The notes beneath the pieces were generated by a model. The model saw only the letters and a program-made list of their open reading frames with translations. It made no database searches and had not been told where the DNA came from. DNA of 64,000 bases from an uncultured Candidatus Binatia bacterium (GTDB lineage: Bacteria; Desulfobacterota; Binatia; Bin18), in the NCBI GenBank assembly GCA_965200965.1, contig OZ241744.1, forward strand, positions 3,392,001 through 3,456,000, read 5' to 3'. Below, one piece after another: positions 17,850-27,173 of the stretch. The translations under genes and the position numbers were made by a program. Position 1 is the stretch's first letter. Every line of letters starts with the position of its first letter.

Positions 17850-18917
17850 ATGCCAAGCGAAGAGGAAATTCGCGCTCAACTCACGCAGATCGCGTATCCC
17901 GGTTCAAAACACGATATTGTGACGCTCGGCCTGATTGGAAATATCGGCATTCGAGACGGCACGGTTGTTGTCCACCTGCGGACGACCAACGCGCGGGAGC
18001 AGGTACTGCAGCATTTGCGAGCCCGGATTACCGAGGCGCTGTCATCCACCGCCGGGGTTGAACAGGTGCAGGTCCATATTTCCGGCCAGCAAGCCCAGCC
18101 GCATACGCCACAGGCCAGACCCCTGAAAGCGCCTACGGTAGTGCCTGGTGTGCAGCGTATTATTGCGGTCGCCAGCGGCAAGGGGGGGGTTGGCAAGTCT
18201 ACGGTGGCGGTGAACCTGAGCTTGGCGTTGGGGGCTTTGGGCAAGACCGTTGGATTGCTTGATGCGGACGTGTATGGGCCGAGTATTCCGCTCATGATGG
18301 GTACCCAGGCGGTGCCTCGGGCCGGCCACAATAAGAAGATCTATCCGGTCGAACAACATGGGATCAGCCTTATTTCCATGGGGCTTTTTGTGGATGACAC
18401 GTCTCCGGTCATTTGGCGTGGGCCAATTGTGATGGGCATTATCCGCCAGTTTTTGCGTGACGTGATCTGGGGTGAGTTGGAGTACTTGATTGTCGATCTG
18501 CCACCGGGCACGGGTGATATCGCTCTGACACTGGCCCAGGAAGTTCCGCTCAACGGCGGGGTAGTCGTCACCACCCCGCAGGATGTCGCGTTGCTCGATG
18601 TGCGGCGCGGTATTGCCATGTTCAAGCAGGTGCAGGTCCCAATTCTGGGCATAATTGAAAACATGAGTCTGTTCATTTGTCCTGAGTGCAATCATCAGGA
18701 AGAAATTTTTGGCCGGGGCGGGGCAAAAAAGACCGGCCTGCCCGTCTTGGGCGAGGTGCCGCTGGTTGAAGATGTGCGGCTCGGCGGTGATCGTGGTGAT
18801 CCGCTGATTCTTGCCAATCCTGACCATCCTGTTTCGCAAGAGTTCAGGGCCATTGCCCAGCGGGTCATGGCAGCCGACGAGTTCACTGTTCAACGCCAGG
18901 GCCAGTCCATGCACTGA
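17850..18917 (+). CDS. mrp: Mrp/ApbC/NBP35 Fe-S carrier ATPase with N-terminal DUF59 (copy 1)
   Basis: ASGKGGVGKST, DADVYGPS, WRGP, DLPPGTGD, VTTPQ and ENMS..CPEC motifs. Confidence 0.93.
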   Translation: MPSEEEIRAQLTQIAYPGSKHDIVTLGLIGNIGIRDGTVVVHLRTTNAREQVLQHLRARITEALSSTAGVEQVQVHISGQQAQPHTPQARPLKAPTVVPGVQRIIAVASGKGGVGKSTVAVNLSLALGALGKTVGLLDADVYGPSIPLMMGTQAVPRAGHNKKIYPVEQHGISLISMGLFVDDTSPVIWRGPIVMGIIRQFLRDVIWGELEYLIVDLPPGTGDIALTLAQEVPLNGGVVVTTPQDVALLDVRRGIAMFKQVQVPILGIIENMSLFICPECNHQEEIFGRGGAKKTGLPVLGEVPLVEDVRLGGDRGDPLILANPDHPVSQEFRAIAQRVMAADEFTVQRQGQSMH

Positions 18918-18947
18918 TATCTGCTCCATTCTGTAGGGAGAACGGAT

Positions 18948-19262
18948 ATGCCCAAACCAACATTGGTGACCCCCATTGACGAAGAAAAGCAGTTGCGCAT
19001 CCTGTGGGATGACGACGAGTTGAACCAGTTGCCGTTTGCCTGTCTGCGCGGCTGGTGCCCGTGCGCGATGTGCCAGGGCCATAGCGGGGAGCGTCGTTTT
19101 GTCAGCGTTGACGACCCGCAGCTGGTAGAGATACGCCCGGTCGGCAACTACGCCCTGAACATTGTCTGGAAAGACTGTGAGAATGGTATTTATACCTTTG
19201 ACTATCTGAGAGAACTGGGCAAAGACGCCGCAAGCCGGTCAAAAGAGTCACGACAAGAATAA
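18948..19262 (+). CDS. DUF971 (GBBH-like N-terminal) protein
   Basis: LRGWCPCAMCQGH, PVGNYAL.I.W.D and GIYTFDYLR motifs. Confidence 0.88.
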   Translation: MPKPTLVTPIDEEKQLRILWDDDELNQLPFACLRGWCPCAMCQGHSGERRFVSVDDPQLVEIRPVGNYALNIVWKDCENGIYTFDYLRELGKDAASRSKESRQE

Positions 19263-19271
19263 GAGCAGCGT

Positions 19272-20333
19272 ATGCCAAGCCCGCAGGAACTGCTGGAATC
19301 CCTCAGAAACGTTAAATATCCCGGATTCAGCCGGGATATTGTCTCCTTTGGCGTGGTCAAGGACATTGCGGTTGGGGTGTCACGGGTAGTGGTCCAGGTT
19401 GCGCCCTCGACCGGCAACAGAGACGTGATTGAGCAGATCCGACGCGACGTACAGGCCACTCTGGCGGCCCAGGTTGATCTGCCGGTTGAGGTCGAGATCC
19501 TGCGGCCCGACGGTGGCCAGCGGCCGACACCCCAGGCTCAAGCCCAGGTCCATCCGTCCATACCTCGCCTTCCGGGCATTGAGCATGTTATTGCAGTGGC
19601 CAGCGGCAAGGGGGGGGTCGGAAAATCCACGGTATCGGTCAATCTGGCAGCTGCTCTGACTCTGATCGACAAGCGCGTCGGTATTCTGGATGCCGATGTG
19701 TACGGTCCCAGTGTGCCCCTGATGCTGGGCCTGAAACAGCGGCCCGAAAGCACCCCAGAAAAAAAAATTCTCCCCCTCACGAAGTTTGATCTCAAAGTGA
19801 TGTCAATGGGTTTTCTGGTGGCCGATGAGCAGGCGGTGGTGTGGCGCGGGCCGATGGTCGATAAGCTGCTGACCGAGTTTCTGCGCAATGTCGAGTGGGG
19901 AGAATTGGACATCCTGGTCATAGACCTGCCGCCCGGCACGGGTGATGCCCAGCTGAGCATCGTGCAAAAAGCCCCGCTTTCGGGCGGTGTGATTGTCACT
20001 ACCCCTCAAGACGTAGCGCTGATGGATGTCCGTCGCGGCGTGCAAATGTTTGAAGAGGTCAAGGTGCCCGTGCTGGGGGTGATTGAGAACATGAGCTATC
20101 TGGTGTGCCGTTCGTGTGGACACCACGCCCATGTCTTTAGTCAGGGGGGTGGCAGGCAGGTGGCCGAGCAGTTTCAGGTGCCTCTGCTGGGTGAAATTCC
20201 GCTGCTCCGCGATATTGTCTTTGGTGGGGATAGCGGCACGCCGCTCGTTGTCTCTCAGCCTGATCACCCTCAGAGTCGGGTGTTTGTCGGTCTTGCTGAG
20301 CAGGTGCTGCGGCAGTTGAAAGGTGAACGATGA
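19272..20333 (+). CDS. mrp: Mrp/ApbC/NBP35 Fe-S carrier ATPase with N-terminal DUF59 (copy 2)
   Basis: VKYPGFSRDIVSFG, ASGKGGVGKST, DLPPGTGD and ENMS..CRSC motifs. Confidence 0.93.
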   Translation: MPSPQELLESLRNVKYPGFSRDIVSFGVVKDIAVGVSRVVVQVAPSTGNRDVIEQIRRDVQATLAAQVDLPVEVEILRPDGGQRPTPQAQAQVHPSIPRLPGIEHVIAVASGKGGVGKSTVSVNLAAALTLIDKRVGILDADVYGPSVPLMLGLKQRPESTPEKKILPLTKFDLKVMSMGFLVADEQAVVWRGPMVDKLLTEFLRNVEWGELDILVIDLPPGTGDAQLSIVQKAPLSGGVIVTTPQDVALMDVRRGVQMFEEVKVPVLGVIENMSYLVCRSCGHHAHVFSQGGGRQVAEQFQVPLLGEIPLLRDIVFGGDSGTPLVVSQPDHPQSRVFVGLAEQVLRQLKGER

Positions 20334-20367
20334 TGATCTCCTCATCAGGAGATCATCATCGTTCACC
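20322..20367. repeat. Perfect 21-bp inverted repeat (4-nt loop) over the mrp2 stop codon
   Basis: GGTGAACGATGATGATCTCCT-CATC-AGGAGATCATCATCGTTCACC. Confidence 0.95.
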
Positions 20368-20381
20368 CTCGTAATACCCCG

Positions 20382-20735
20382 ATGGCTACGTTGCAGGTCC
20401 TCTTTGAGACTGGTGAGTTGGAACGGCTGATCGAATTCGATCCGGCCGATGCCCCTTTTCAAGATGACGGACAACCGGGATCGATTCTGGATGTGCTCCT
20501 CGGTCATCAGGTGGCGCTTGAACACGCCTGTGGCGGCCACTGCGCATGTACGACCTGTCATGTGATTGTCAAAGCTGGTGAAGAGCATCTCTCGGAGAGC
20601 GAGGAATCTGAGGAGGATATGCTTGATAAAGCGCCGGGCTTGACACTTGGCTCCCGGCTTGGCTGTCAGGCCGTCATTGAGACCGGTCATATCACCATCC
20701 TGATCCCGAAGTATACGATTAACCAGCAGATGTGA
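20382..20735 (+). CDS. fdx: ISC-type [2Fe-2S] ferredoxin
   Basis: LEHACGGHCACTTCHV...E.DMLD...SRLGCQ adrenodoxin/Fdx motif. Confidence 0.92.
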   Translation: MATLQVLFETGELERLIEFDPADAPFQDDGQPGSILDVLLGHQVALEHACGGHCACTTCHVIVKAGEEHLSESEESEEDMLDKAPGLTLGSRLGCQAVIETGHITILIPKYTINQQM

Positions 20736-20757
20736 GCGCCCAGCCCTCCTCCCCCAC

Positions 20758-21477
20758 ATGCAGCAGGCTGCACCCTATCGGGCTGTCATTGAGCGTATTG
20801 TTGAGCGGGCACCCGACACCCGTTCGTTTTTTCTACGCCTCCGCACCGACAAGCGCCTGCGCTTCAGGCCGGGCCAGTTCCTGTCCTTTCAGTTGCCAGG
20901 CAACGGAAAAACTCTGACCCGGGCGTATACAATCGCCTCGAATCCCGAAGATGCAGGGCCGCTGGAAATCTGTTTGAACCGCGTGCCTGGTGGTCCGGGT
21001 TCGCACTATGTATTCACCCGCAGGCTTGGCGATGAGCTGTCTTTTACTGGACCCTGGGGCGCTTTTGTGCTTGACCAGGCTCCGCCGGCTGAGTGTGTCT
21101 TTATTGCCGAGGGGACTGGGATTGCAGCCATCCGACCTATGCTTCGGCGGGCGCTTGCCGGGAGTCCGCAGCGACCCTTTGCCCTGCTCTATGGAACGGT
21201 CGGCGAACAAAACCTGCTGTATCGTGAACAGTTGGAAGATTGGGCCCGCCCGCCCGCCGCGTTGACCTTTCGCCCTCTTTTGTGTCAACCCTCCCCGCGT
21301 TGGGACGGACTGCGGGGCGATCTCCTCGCTCATGTCGAAGCGTACTATGTCAAACGCGACACCCACCGGTCTCGCCATTTTTATATTTGTGGGATTGGCA
21401 ACCGGGTCTTACAGATCCGTGACCTCCTGCGAACCGCCGGCTATGAGCGCCGCGCGGTAAAATATGAGAGGTGGTAA
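20758..21477 (+). CDS. FAD/NAD(P)-binding ferredoxin reductase-like oxidoreductase
   Basis: FRPGQF, RAYTIAS, GPWG, GTGIA, YICG and C-terminal YERW. Confidence 0.88.
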   Translation: MQQAAPYRAVIERIVERAPDTRSFFLRLRTDKRLRFRPGQFLSFQLPGNGKTLTRAYTIASNPEDAGPLEICLNRVPGGPGSHYVFTRRLGDELSFTGPWGAFVLDQAPPAECVFIAEGTGIAAIRPMLRRALAGSPQRPFALLYGTVGEQNLLYREQLEDWARPPAALTFRPLLCQPSPRWDGLRGDLLAHVEAYYVKRDTHRSRHFYICGIGNRVLQIRDLLRTAGYERRAVKYERW

Positions 21478-21498
21478 AAAGCCGACTCCCCTGCCACA

Positions 21499-21529
21499 TT
21501 GACAACTTGGACCCTGACAGTCTATATTC
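21499..21529 (+). promoter_or_regulatory. sigma70 promoter with Rrf2/IscR-type operator upstream of iscU-nuo
   Basis: TTGACA-ACTTGGACCCTGACAGTC-TATATTC; same spacing and GAC-N7-GTC core as 17720. Confidence 0.7.
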
Positions 21530-21629
21530 GGAGTCAGAGGATCGGTCAGTCCTGATTCTGAGCCGCAAATGATAACGTTTTATCCTGAGTTCTTGTGACT
21601 GAGGTGAATGTCCCGGAAAGGAGCAACCC

Positions 21630-22034
21630 ATGGCCTACACAGATAAGGTGCTTGAGCACTACGAAAACCCCAAAAATGTCGGCAGTTTTGCCAAAGACGA
21701 AGAGAATGTCGGCACCGGCGTTGTTGGTGCCCCTGAGTGTGGGGACGTGATGAAGCTGCAACTCAAGATCAATCCTGACACCGAGGTCATTGAGGATGCC
21801 CGCTTCAAAACCTTTGGCTGCGGCTCGGCGATTGCCTCGTCCAGCTATGTGACCGAGCTGGTCAAAGGCAAGACGGTCGGAGAAGCCTACACGATCAAAA
21901 ATACCGAGATCGTCAAGGAGTTGTCCCTGCCGCCGGTCAAGATTCACTGCTCGGTCTTGGCCGAGGATGCGATTAAATCTGCCGTAGCAGACTGGCGAGA
22001 GAAGGGCGACAAGTCGGACGATACGGCGGCATAG
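21630..22034 (+). CDS. iscU: Fe-S cluster scaffold IscU
   Basis: MAYTDKVLEHYENPKNVG, APECGDVM, FKTFGCGSA and LPPVKIHCS motifs. Confidence 0.97.
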   Translation: MAYTDKVLEHYENPKNVGSFAKDEENVGTGVVGAPECGDVMKLQLKINPDTEVIEDARFKTFGCGSAIASSSYVTELVKGKTVGEAYTIKNTEIVKELSLPPVKIHCSVLAEDAIKSAVADWREKGDKSDDTAA

Positions 22035-22070
22035 CTGTCTGCCGTTCACATTGGATCACGAGGGCAAACA

Positions 22071-22604
22071 ATGGAACATGGCCAGACCTTGACCACGACC
22101 CCGCGTTTGCGGGGCGGGGATGAAGCCCTGCTCGGTGACGCGGTGGTCCTCACCCAAATCGATAAGGCCGTCGGTTGGGCGCGGAAATACTCCATCTTTC
22201 CGTATCCGTTTGCCACGGCGTGTTGCGCTATGGAATACATGGCCCTGTCAATGACCCCCTACGACATCGATCGCTTTGGGGCGTTGCTGCCGCGTTTCAG
22301 TCCGCGTCAGGCCGATCTGCTGATGGTGATAGGGACGGTGACATGTCGTCAGGCACCTGTTCTGAAGCGGGTGTATGAACAAATGACCGAGCCCAAATGG
22401 GTGATGGCCTTTGGGGCGTGTGCCTCAACCGGTGGATTTTATGACAATTATACCACCGTGGCCGGTATTGATCGCATCGTTCCAGTTGATGTCTATGTAC
22501 CGGGCTGTCCGCCCCGTCCAGAAAATGTTCTGGATGCCCTGATGGCCCTCCAGCGAAAAATTCATTCACAGAAGCAAAAGCTTCGAGGGATGGCTGTTGC
22601 CTAG
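22071..22604 (+). CDS. nuoB: NADH-quinone oxidoreductase subunit B (extra, divergent copy)
   Basis: TACCAME, SPRQAD, GACASTGG and VPGCPPRPE motifs (all four N2 Cys). Confidence 0.92.
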   Translation: MEHGQTLTTTPRLRGGDEALLGDAVVLTQIDKAVGWARKYSIFPYPFATACCAMEYMALSMTPYDIDRFGALLPRFSPRQADLLMVIGTVTCRQAPVLKRVYEQMTEPKWVMAFGACASTGGFYDNYTTVAGIDRIVPVDVYVPGCPPRPENVLDALMALQRKIHSQKQKLRGMAVA

Positions 22605-22660
22605 AGGCAAGCGGTATGAGCAAGACAGGAAAGTCGAAATCGGTAGAGCGCAGCTCGTTG

Positions 22661-23170
22661 ATGAACATCGGTAAACGGGTTGACTATGCCGTGCGCGCCC
22701 TGTCCTACTTAGCCGCTCAGCCGTCCGGAACCGTTGTTTCTCGACGCGAAATCCAGATCAAACAGGATATTCCCTCCTATTTCCTGTCAAAAATTATGAA
22801 ACAACTCGTTGGAGGCCGTCTGGTGGAGTCGTATATGGGAGCCCGAGGCGGTTTCCGCCTCAAGAAGCCGGCAGCGCACATCAACCTCAAGGAGGTCTAT
22901 GAGTGCCTTGAAGGCCCCCTCTTGCTGATGGAATGTCTCGAAGGGGGCGAACAGGCGTGTCAGTACTGCGAGGTGTGCAACCAGATCTCCGTCTGGGGCG
23001 AAGCTCAGCGGCGGCTTGCCGAATACCTGGCCAGCGTCACGCTGGGGCAGATTGCTGATAAAGTCGGACTGCGGGAGGAGCTTGCCCATCGCGGACAGGG
23101 AGGATATAGAGAAGCCGTGCCGCTTGGCCTCACCCCACCCTGCTCCAGCGGGCAGGACAGGACAGCGTAG
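22661..23170 (+). CDS. Rrf2 family transcriptional regulator (IscR-like, Cys-containing)
   Basis: DYAVRAL, wHTH with GARGGFRL, and ECLEGGEQACQYCEVC Cys cluster; alternative start 22616. Confidence 0.9.
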   Translation: MNIGKRVDYAVRALSYLAAQPSGTVVSRREIQIKQDIPSYFLSKIMKQLVGGRLVESYMGARGGFRLKKPAAHINLKEVYECLEGPLLLMECLEGGEQACQYCEVCNQISVWGEAQRRLAEYLASVTLGQIADKVGLREELAHRGQGGYREAVPLGLTPPCSSGQDRTA

Positions 23171-23204
23171 AAAAGCGGCGTGAACATCGGTCAGGAGTGA
23201 AGCG

Positions 23205-23630
23205 GTGTATTTTCATTTTGGCAACGTTCTGGTGTTCACCCTCATCGGGCTTGGTCTGGGCGCTTTTCACCTCATCCTGGGCAGCTTTCTGCGCCCCCAT
23301 AACCCTGAGGCCAAAAAGCTGACGACCTACGAGTGTGGCGAGTTGCCGACCGGGAGTGCGTGGATTAACTTCAATATCCGGTTCTATCTCATCGCCCTTG
23401 TTTTTGTGATCTTTGATATTGAGGTCGCCTTCATCTACCCGGTGGCGGTGGCGTTTCGGGATTTTGTGCTGGCTGGCAACGGGCTGTTTGCCCTGACGGA
23501 AATTCTGCTCTTTCTCGGGATCCTTGGCGTCGGGCTGGTGTATGTCTGGAAGAAGCGTGACCTGGAATGGATTAAGCGCGTCCAGACCCAGCAGACGGAA
23601 GAGGAACCGGCGCTTCCCAGGGCGGCCTGA
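23205..23630 (+). CDS. nuoA: NADH-quinone oxidoreductase subunit A
   Basis: KLTTYECGE and FYLIALVFVIFDIE motifs; GTG start after an AGGAG RBS. Confidence 0.95.
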   Translation: MYFHFGNVLVFTLIGLGLGAFHLILGSFLRPHNPEAKKLTTYECGELPTGSAWINFNIRFYLIALVFVIFDIEVAFIYPVAVAFRDFVLAGNGLFALTEILLFLGILGVGLVYVWKKRDLEWIKRVQTQQTEEEPALPRAA

Positions 23631-23661
23631 GAGGCTGCGTCAGACCGGATAAGGAGGATTC

Positions 23662-24165
23662 ATGTCGCTTGTCAATAGTGTACCGGAGATGGTGCTCACC
23701 ACAAAAGTTGACGAGGTTTTGAACTGGACCAGGAAATCTTCGGTGTGGTATATGCTGTTTGGTCTGGCGTGCTGCGCCATTGAGATGATGCAAACCGGCG
23801 GACCACGAACCGATTTAGAGCGGTTTGGAGCGGCACCTCGGGCCACACCGAGACAGTCCGACATGATGATTATTGCCGGAACCCTGACCCTCAAAATGGC
23901 ACTCCGCACCAAGGTTCTGTACGACCAGATGCCCGACCCAAAATATGTGATTTCGATGGGGAGTTGCTCGAACTGTGGAGGCCTGTTTCAGCTCGCCTAC
24001 TCGGTGTGTGACGGGGTGGATAAGGTGATCCCGGTCGATGTGTATGTGCCAGGCTGTCCGCCCAGACCCGAGGCTTTGACCGAGGGCCTGCTCAAACTCC
24101 AGGAGAAGATGATGCAGGAACGCTGGTTGGTGAAAAAAGCGCCGGCCCAAATCGAAGCGGCATAA
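23662..24165 (+). CDS. nuoB: NADH-quinone oxidoreductase subunit B
   Basis: [20 protein letters not shown] and VPGCPPRPE motifs. Confidence 0.95.
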   Translation: MSLVNSVPEMVLTTKVDEVLNWTRKSSVWYMLFGLACCAIEMMQTGGPRTDLERFGAAPRATPRQSDMMIIAGTLTLKMALRTKVLYDQMPDPKYVISMGSCSNCGGLFQLAYSVCDGVDKVIPVDVYVPGCPPRPEALTEGLLKLQEKMMQERWLVKKAPAQIEAA

Positions 24166-24224
24166 TCCCGTGGGCGGCTGTGGCAAGCCCGGAGCCGACC
24201 TCCCGTCTCTCTGCTGTGTGTACT

Positions 24225-24722
24225 ATGTCCCCAGCCGATATTTTCCAGACAATCGTCCAGCGCTTTGGTGTCGAGGCTATCGTTTCCCGTGATGAGGAAG
24301 CGCTGGACCCGTACTGCGTTATTCAGCTCGAGGTGGCGGCCGACATCTGCCGTTTTCTCAAACAGGAGGCTGACTTGGCCTTTGACTGTTTGTCAAACAT
24401 GTCAGGAGTTGATCTCATCAAAGACGACAAAATCCAGGTGGTAATGCACCTGTACTCCTACCTCCACCGGCATCAGATTGTGCTGAAAGTTGATGTCCCG
24501 CGTGACGCGCCCGAGATGCCTTCGGTTGAAGGCGTATGGAAGGCGGCAAACTGGCTGGAGCGTGAAATTTATGACCTCCTCGGGGTCAATTTCACCGGCC
24601 ATCCAGATCTGCGCCGTCTGCTCATGCCGGAGGACTGGGTCGGGCACCCGCTGCGTAAAGATTTTGTGGAGCCGGAAGAGTACCACGGCATTAGCACCCG
24701 GCGTGAGAGTCTGCTCAAGTGA
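24225..24722 (+). CDS. nuoC: NADH-quinone oxidoreductase subunit C
   Basis: [22 protein letters not shown]...GHPLRKDF. Confidence 0.95.
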   Translation: MSPADIFQTIVQRFGVEAIVSRDEEALDPYCVIQLEVAADICRFLKQEADLAFDCLSNMSGVDLIKDDKIQVVMHLYSYLHRHQIVLKVDVPRDAPEMPSVEGVWKAANWLEREIYDLLGVNFTGHPDLRRLLMPEDWVGHPLRKDFVEPEEYHGISTRRESLLK

Positions 24723-24780
24723 TACGGTCTGGCCCCTGCCCGATCATTGTCCCCGGAAGCGCTGACCACAGGAGGATGAC

Positions 24781-25935
24781 ATGAGCCTGGCAGGGTATGA
24801 GGTTGAGGTCCAACGTGGAGAGGGTCTGGCCGCCGAAGAAATGACCCTGAATATGGGCCCCCAGCACCCGAGTACGCACGGCGTTCTGCGCTTTGTGGTC
24901 AAGGCGGACGGCGAGGTGATGCGGACGGCTATTCCTGACATCGGCTACCTCCACCGGTCTATTGAAAAAATTTCCGAAAAGGTCGGCTACCACGGTTTCA
25001 TGCCCTACACTGACCGGGTCGATTATGTCTCGGCCATGCAGTGTAACCAGGGCTGGGGCATGGCCTGCGAACGGCTGGCCGGTATTGAGGTACCCCGCCG
25101 GGGCGAGTTCTGTCGGGTGCTTGCCTGCGAGCTGGGCCGGATGGCGAGCCATTTGCTCTCGGTCGGAACGATGGTCATGGATATCGGCGGCTATACGCCC
25201 TTTTTGCACGCCATCCGTGAGCGGGAGAAGATTAACAATCTGCTGGAAGAGTTATGTGGTGCGCGGCTCACCTTCAACTACATGCGGGTCGGTGGTGTGG
25301 CCTGGGATTTGCCGCCGAATTATGGCGACAAAGTCGTCGCTTTTGTGGATCAGTTTGAGCCGCTGGTTGACGAGTATAACGACCTCATTTCGTACAACAA
25401 GATTTATGTGGAACGCTTGGCCAATGTAGCGGTGGTCAGCAAAGAGGAGGCGGTCAGCTACAACTTGGTCGGACCGAATTTGCGCGCCTGCGGTATCAAG
25501 TATGATGTGCGGCGCGATGAGCCGTATTCGATATATTCAGAGTTGGATTTTGATATTCCGGTCGGTACCGGGGAGATGGGCCAACAGGGCGACTGCTTTG
25601 ACCGCTATATGACCCGTATCCGGGAGCTTAAGGAATGCTGCAAAATTGTGCGCCAATGTCTGGCCATGATGCCCGATGGGCCGGTGTTGGCGAAAGTCCC
25701 GCGTAAGCTCAAGCCGCCGGCTGGCGATGTCTATGTGCGGGTCGAAGGCTCGCGGGGCGATATGGGCTGGTATGTGGTCAGTGACGGGACCGAGTTTCCG
25801 TACCGGACCAAAATCCGAACCGGCTCGTTTTCTGCCATGAGTATTGTCGATAAAGTCAGTCAGGGCCTGATGATCGCCGACCTGATTGCCCTGATTGCCA
25901 GTTTTGATGTGGTCGCGCCGGAGGTTGATCGCTAG
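24781..25935 (+). CDS. nuoD: NADH-quinone oxidoreductase subunit D
   Basis: NMGPQHPSTHGVLR, GYLHR, DRVDY and EVDR motifs; no NiFe CxxC motifs. Confidence 0.96.
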   Translation: MSLAGYEVEVQRGEGLAAEEMTLNMGPQHPSTHGVLRFVVKADGEVMRTAIPDIGYLHRSIEKISEKVGYHGFMPYTDRVDYVSAMQCNQGWGMACERLAGIEVPRRGEFCRVLACELGRMASHLLSVGTMVMDIGGYTPFLHAIREREKINNLLEELCGARLTFNYMRVGGVAWDLPPNYGDKVVAFVDQFEPLVDEYNDLISYNKIYVERLANVAVVSKEEAVSYNLVGPNLRACGIKYDVRRDEPYSIYSELDFDIPVGTGEMGQQGDCFDRYMTRIRELKECCKIVRQCLAMMPDGPVLAKVPRKLKPPAGDVYVRVEGSRGDMGWYVVSDGTEFPYRTKIRTGSFSAMSIVDKVSQGLMIADLIALIASFDVVAPEVDR

Positions 25936-25976
25936 CCGGCGACCTGGATAAAAGTGGATGAGTAGGGTAGCGCGCT

Positions 25977-27164
25977 ATGCAAGAACTCTTTGACCGATTA
26001 CTGGCCAACGGGTGGTTTGCCGGGCTGCCGACAGATGTGGTGTATGCCAGCGGCATGATGGTGTTCGGGCTGGTTCTTGTGTTTGGCTTTGTGCTGCCGA
26101 TGGTCCCGATCACGGTCTGGCTTGAACGGCGGGTGTGGTCGCGTATTCAGTCACGCATCGGGCCGAACCGGGTTGGCCCCCAAGGGGTGTTGCAGGGTAT
26201 TGCCGACGGGCTCAAAAATATCCTGAAGGAAGACATCGTTCCTGACGCGGCTGACCGTCCTTTGTTCCGGTTTGCCCCCTATCTGCTGGTGTGGGGCTTT
26301 GTCGCCACCTTTGTGGTTATCCCCTTTAGCAGCAGTCTGATCATTGCCGACCTGAATGTGGGGATTCTGTATTTGACGGCTATGACCGCCCTGTCGGTGG
26401 TGGGCGTGCTGATGGCGGGCTGGTCATCAAATAACAAATGGTCGCTGTTAGGCGGTATTCGTTCTGCCGCCCAGGTCATCAGCTACGAAATCCCGGCTGG
26501 ATTAGCCATTATCCCCACGGTTCTGCTGGCCGGCACGCTGAGCATGCAGGGCATTATCCACCAGCAGGGCTGGGCCCCGTGGGATTGGTATGCGTTTCAT
26601 AACCCGTTCACCTTTCTTGCGGCCCTGATCTTCTATGTGTCGGCTCTGGCAGAGGCGAACCGTACCCCGTTTGACATTCCGGAGGCCGAATCTGAGTTGG
26701 TGGCCGGCTTTGCGACCGAGTACAGCGGGATGCGTTTTGCGCTGTTCTTCCTGGCCGAATGGGGTACGCTGTATGTGATCGGGGCGGTAATGACGACCCT
26801 GTTTCTCGGTGGTTGGCATGTGCCGATCTGGACCGAGAATGTCGCGCTGCTGAATATTTCGCAGTTCGTGGTGTTTTTCCTCAAGTCCTACTTCTGGGCA
26901 TTCCTCGCCATGTGGCTGCGGGCAACGCTGCCGCGTGTTCGGGTCGATCAACTGATGTCGCTGTGTTGGAAGTATTTGGTGCCGCTCGGCTTCATCAATA
27001 TCGTGGGCACGGCAGTCATCATGGTCATCTGGCCGCACGGAAGCAGTTGGCTGCGGTATCTGATGTGTTTGGTGTTTGTCATGATTGTCGTGCAGTTCTT
27101 TCGACGGGTCGTTTTCCATATCCGGCGTGCCCGGCCTGAACTGTATTTTAACCCGGCCATCTAG
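25977..27164 (+). CDS. nuoH: NADH-quinone oxidoreductase subunit H
   Basis: ERR...Q.RIGPNRVG, ADGLK..LKE and AEANRTPFDIPEAESELV motifs. Confidence 0.96.
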   Translation: MQELFDRLLANGWFAGLPTDVVYASGMMVFGLVLVFGFVLPMVPITVWLERRVWSRIQSRIGPNRVGPQGVLQGIADGLKNILKEDIVPDAADRPLFRFAPYLLVWGFVATFVVIPFSSSLIIADLNVGILYLTAMTALSVVGVLMAGWSSNNKWSLLGGIRSAAQVISYEIPAGLAIIPTVLLAGTLSMQGIIHQQGWAPWDWYAFHNPFTFLAALIFYVSALAEANRTPFDIPEAESELVAGFATEYSGMRFALFFLAEWGTLYVIGAVMTTLFLGGWHVPIWTENVALLNISQFVVFFLKSYFWAFLAMWLRATLPRVRVDQLMSLCWKYLVPLGFINIVGTAVIMVIWPHGSSWLRYLMCLVFVMIVVQFFRRVVFHIRRARPELYFNPAI

Positions 27165-27173
27165 GAGTGCAGT

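Noticed and set aside
24781-25935. Group 4 NiFe-hydrogenase large subunit
   Set aside because: Lacks both CxxC Ni-binding motifs and has NuoD quinone-site residues.
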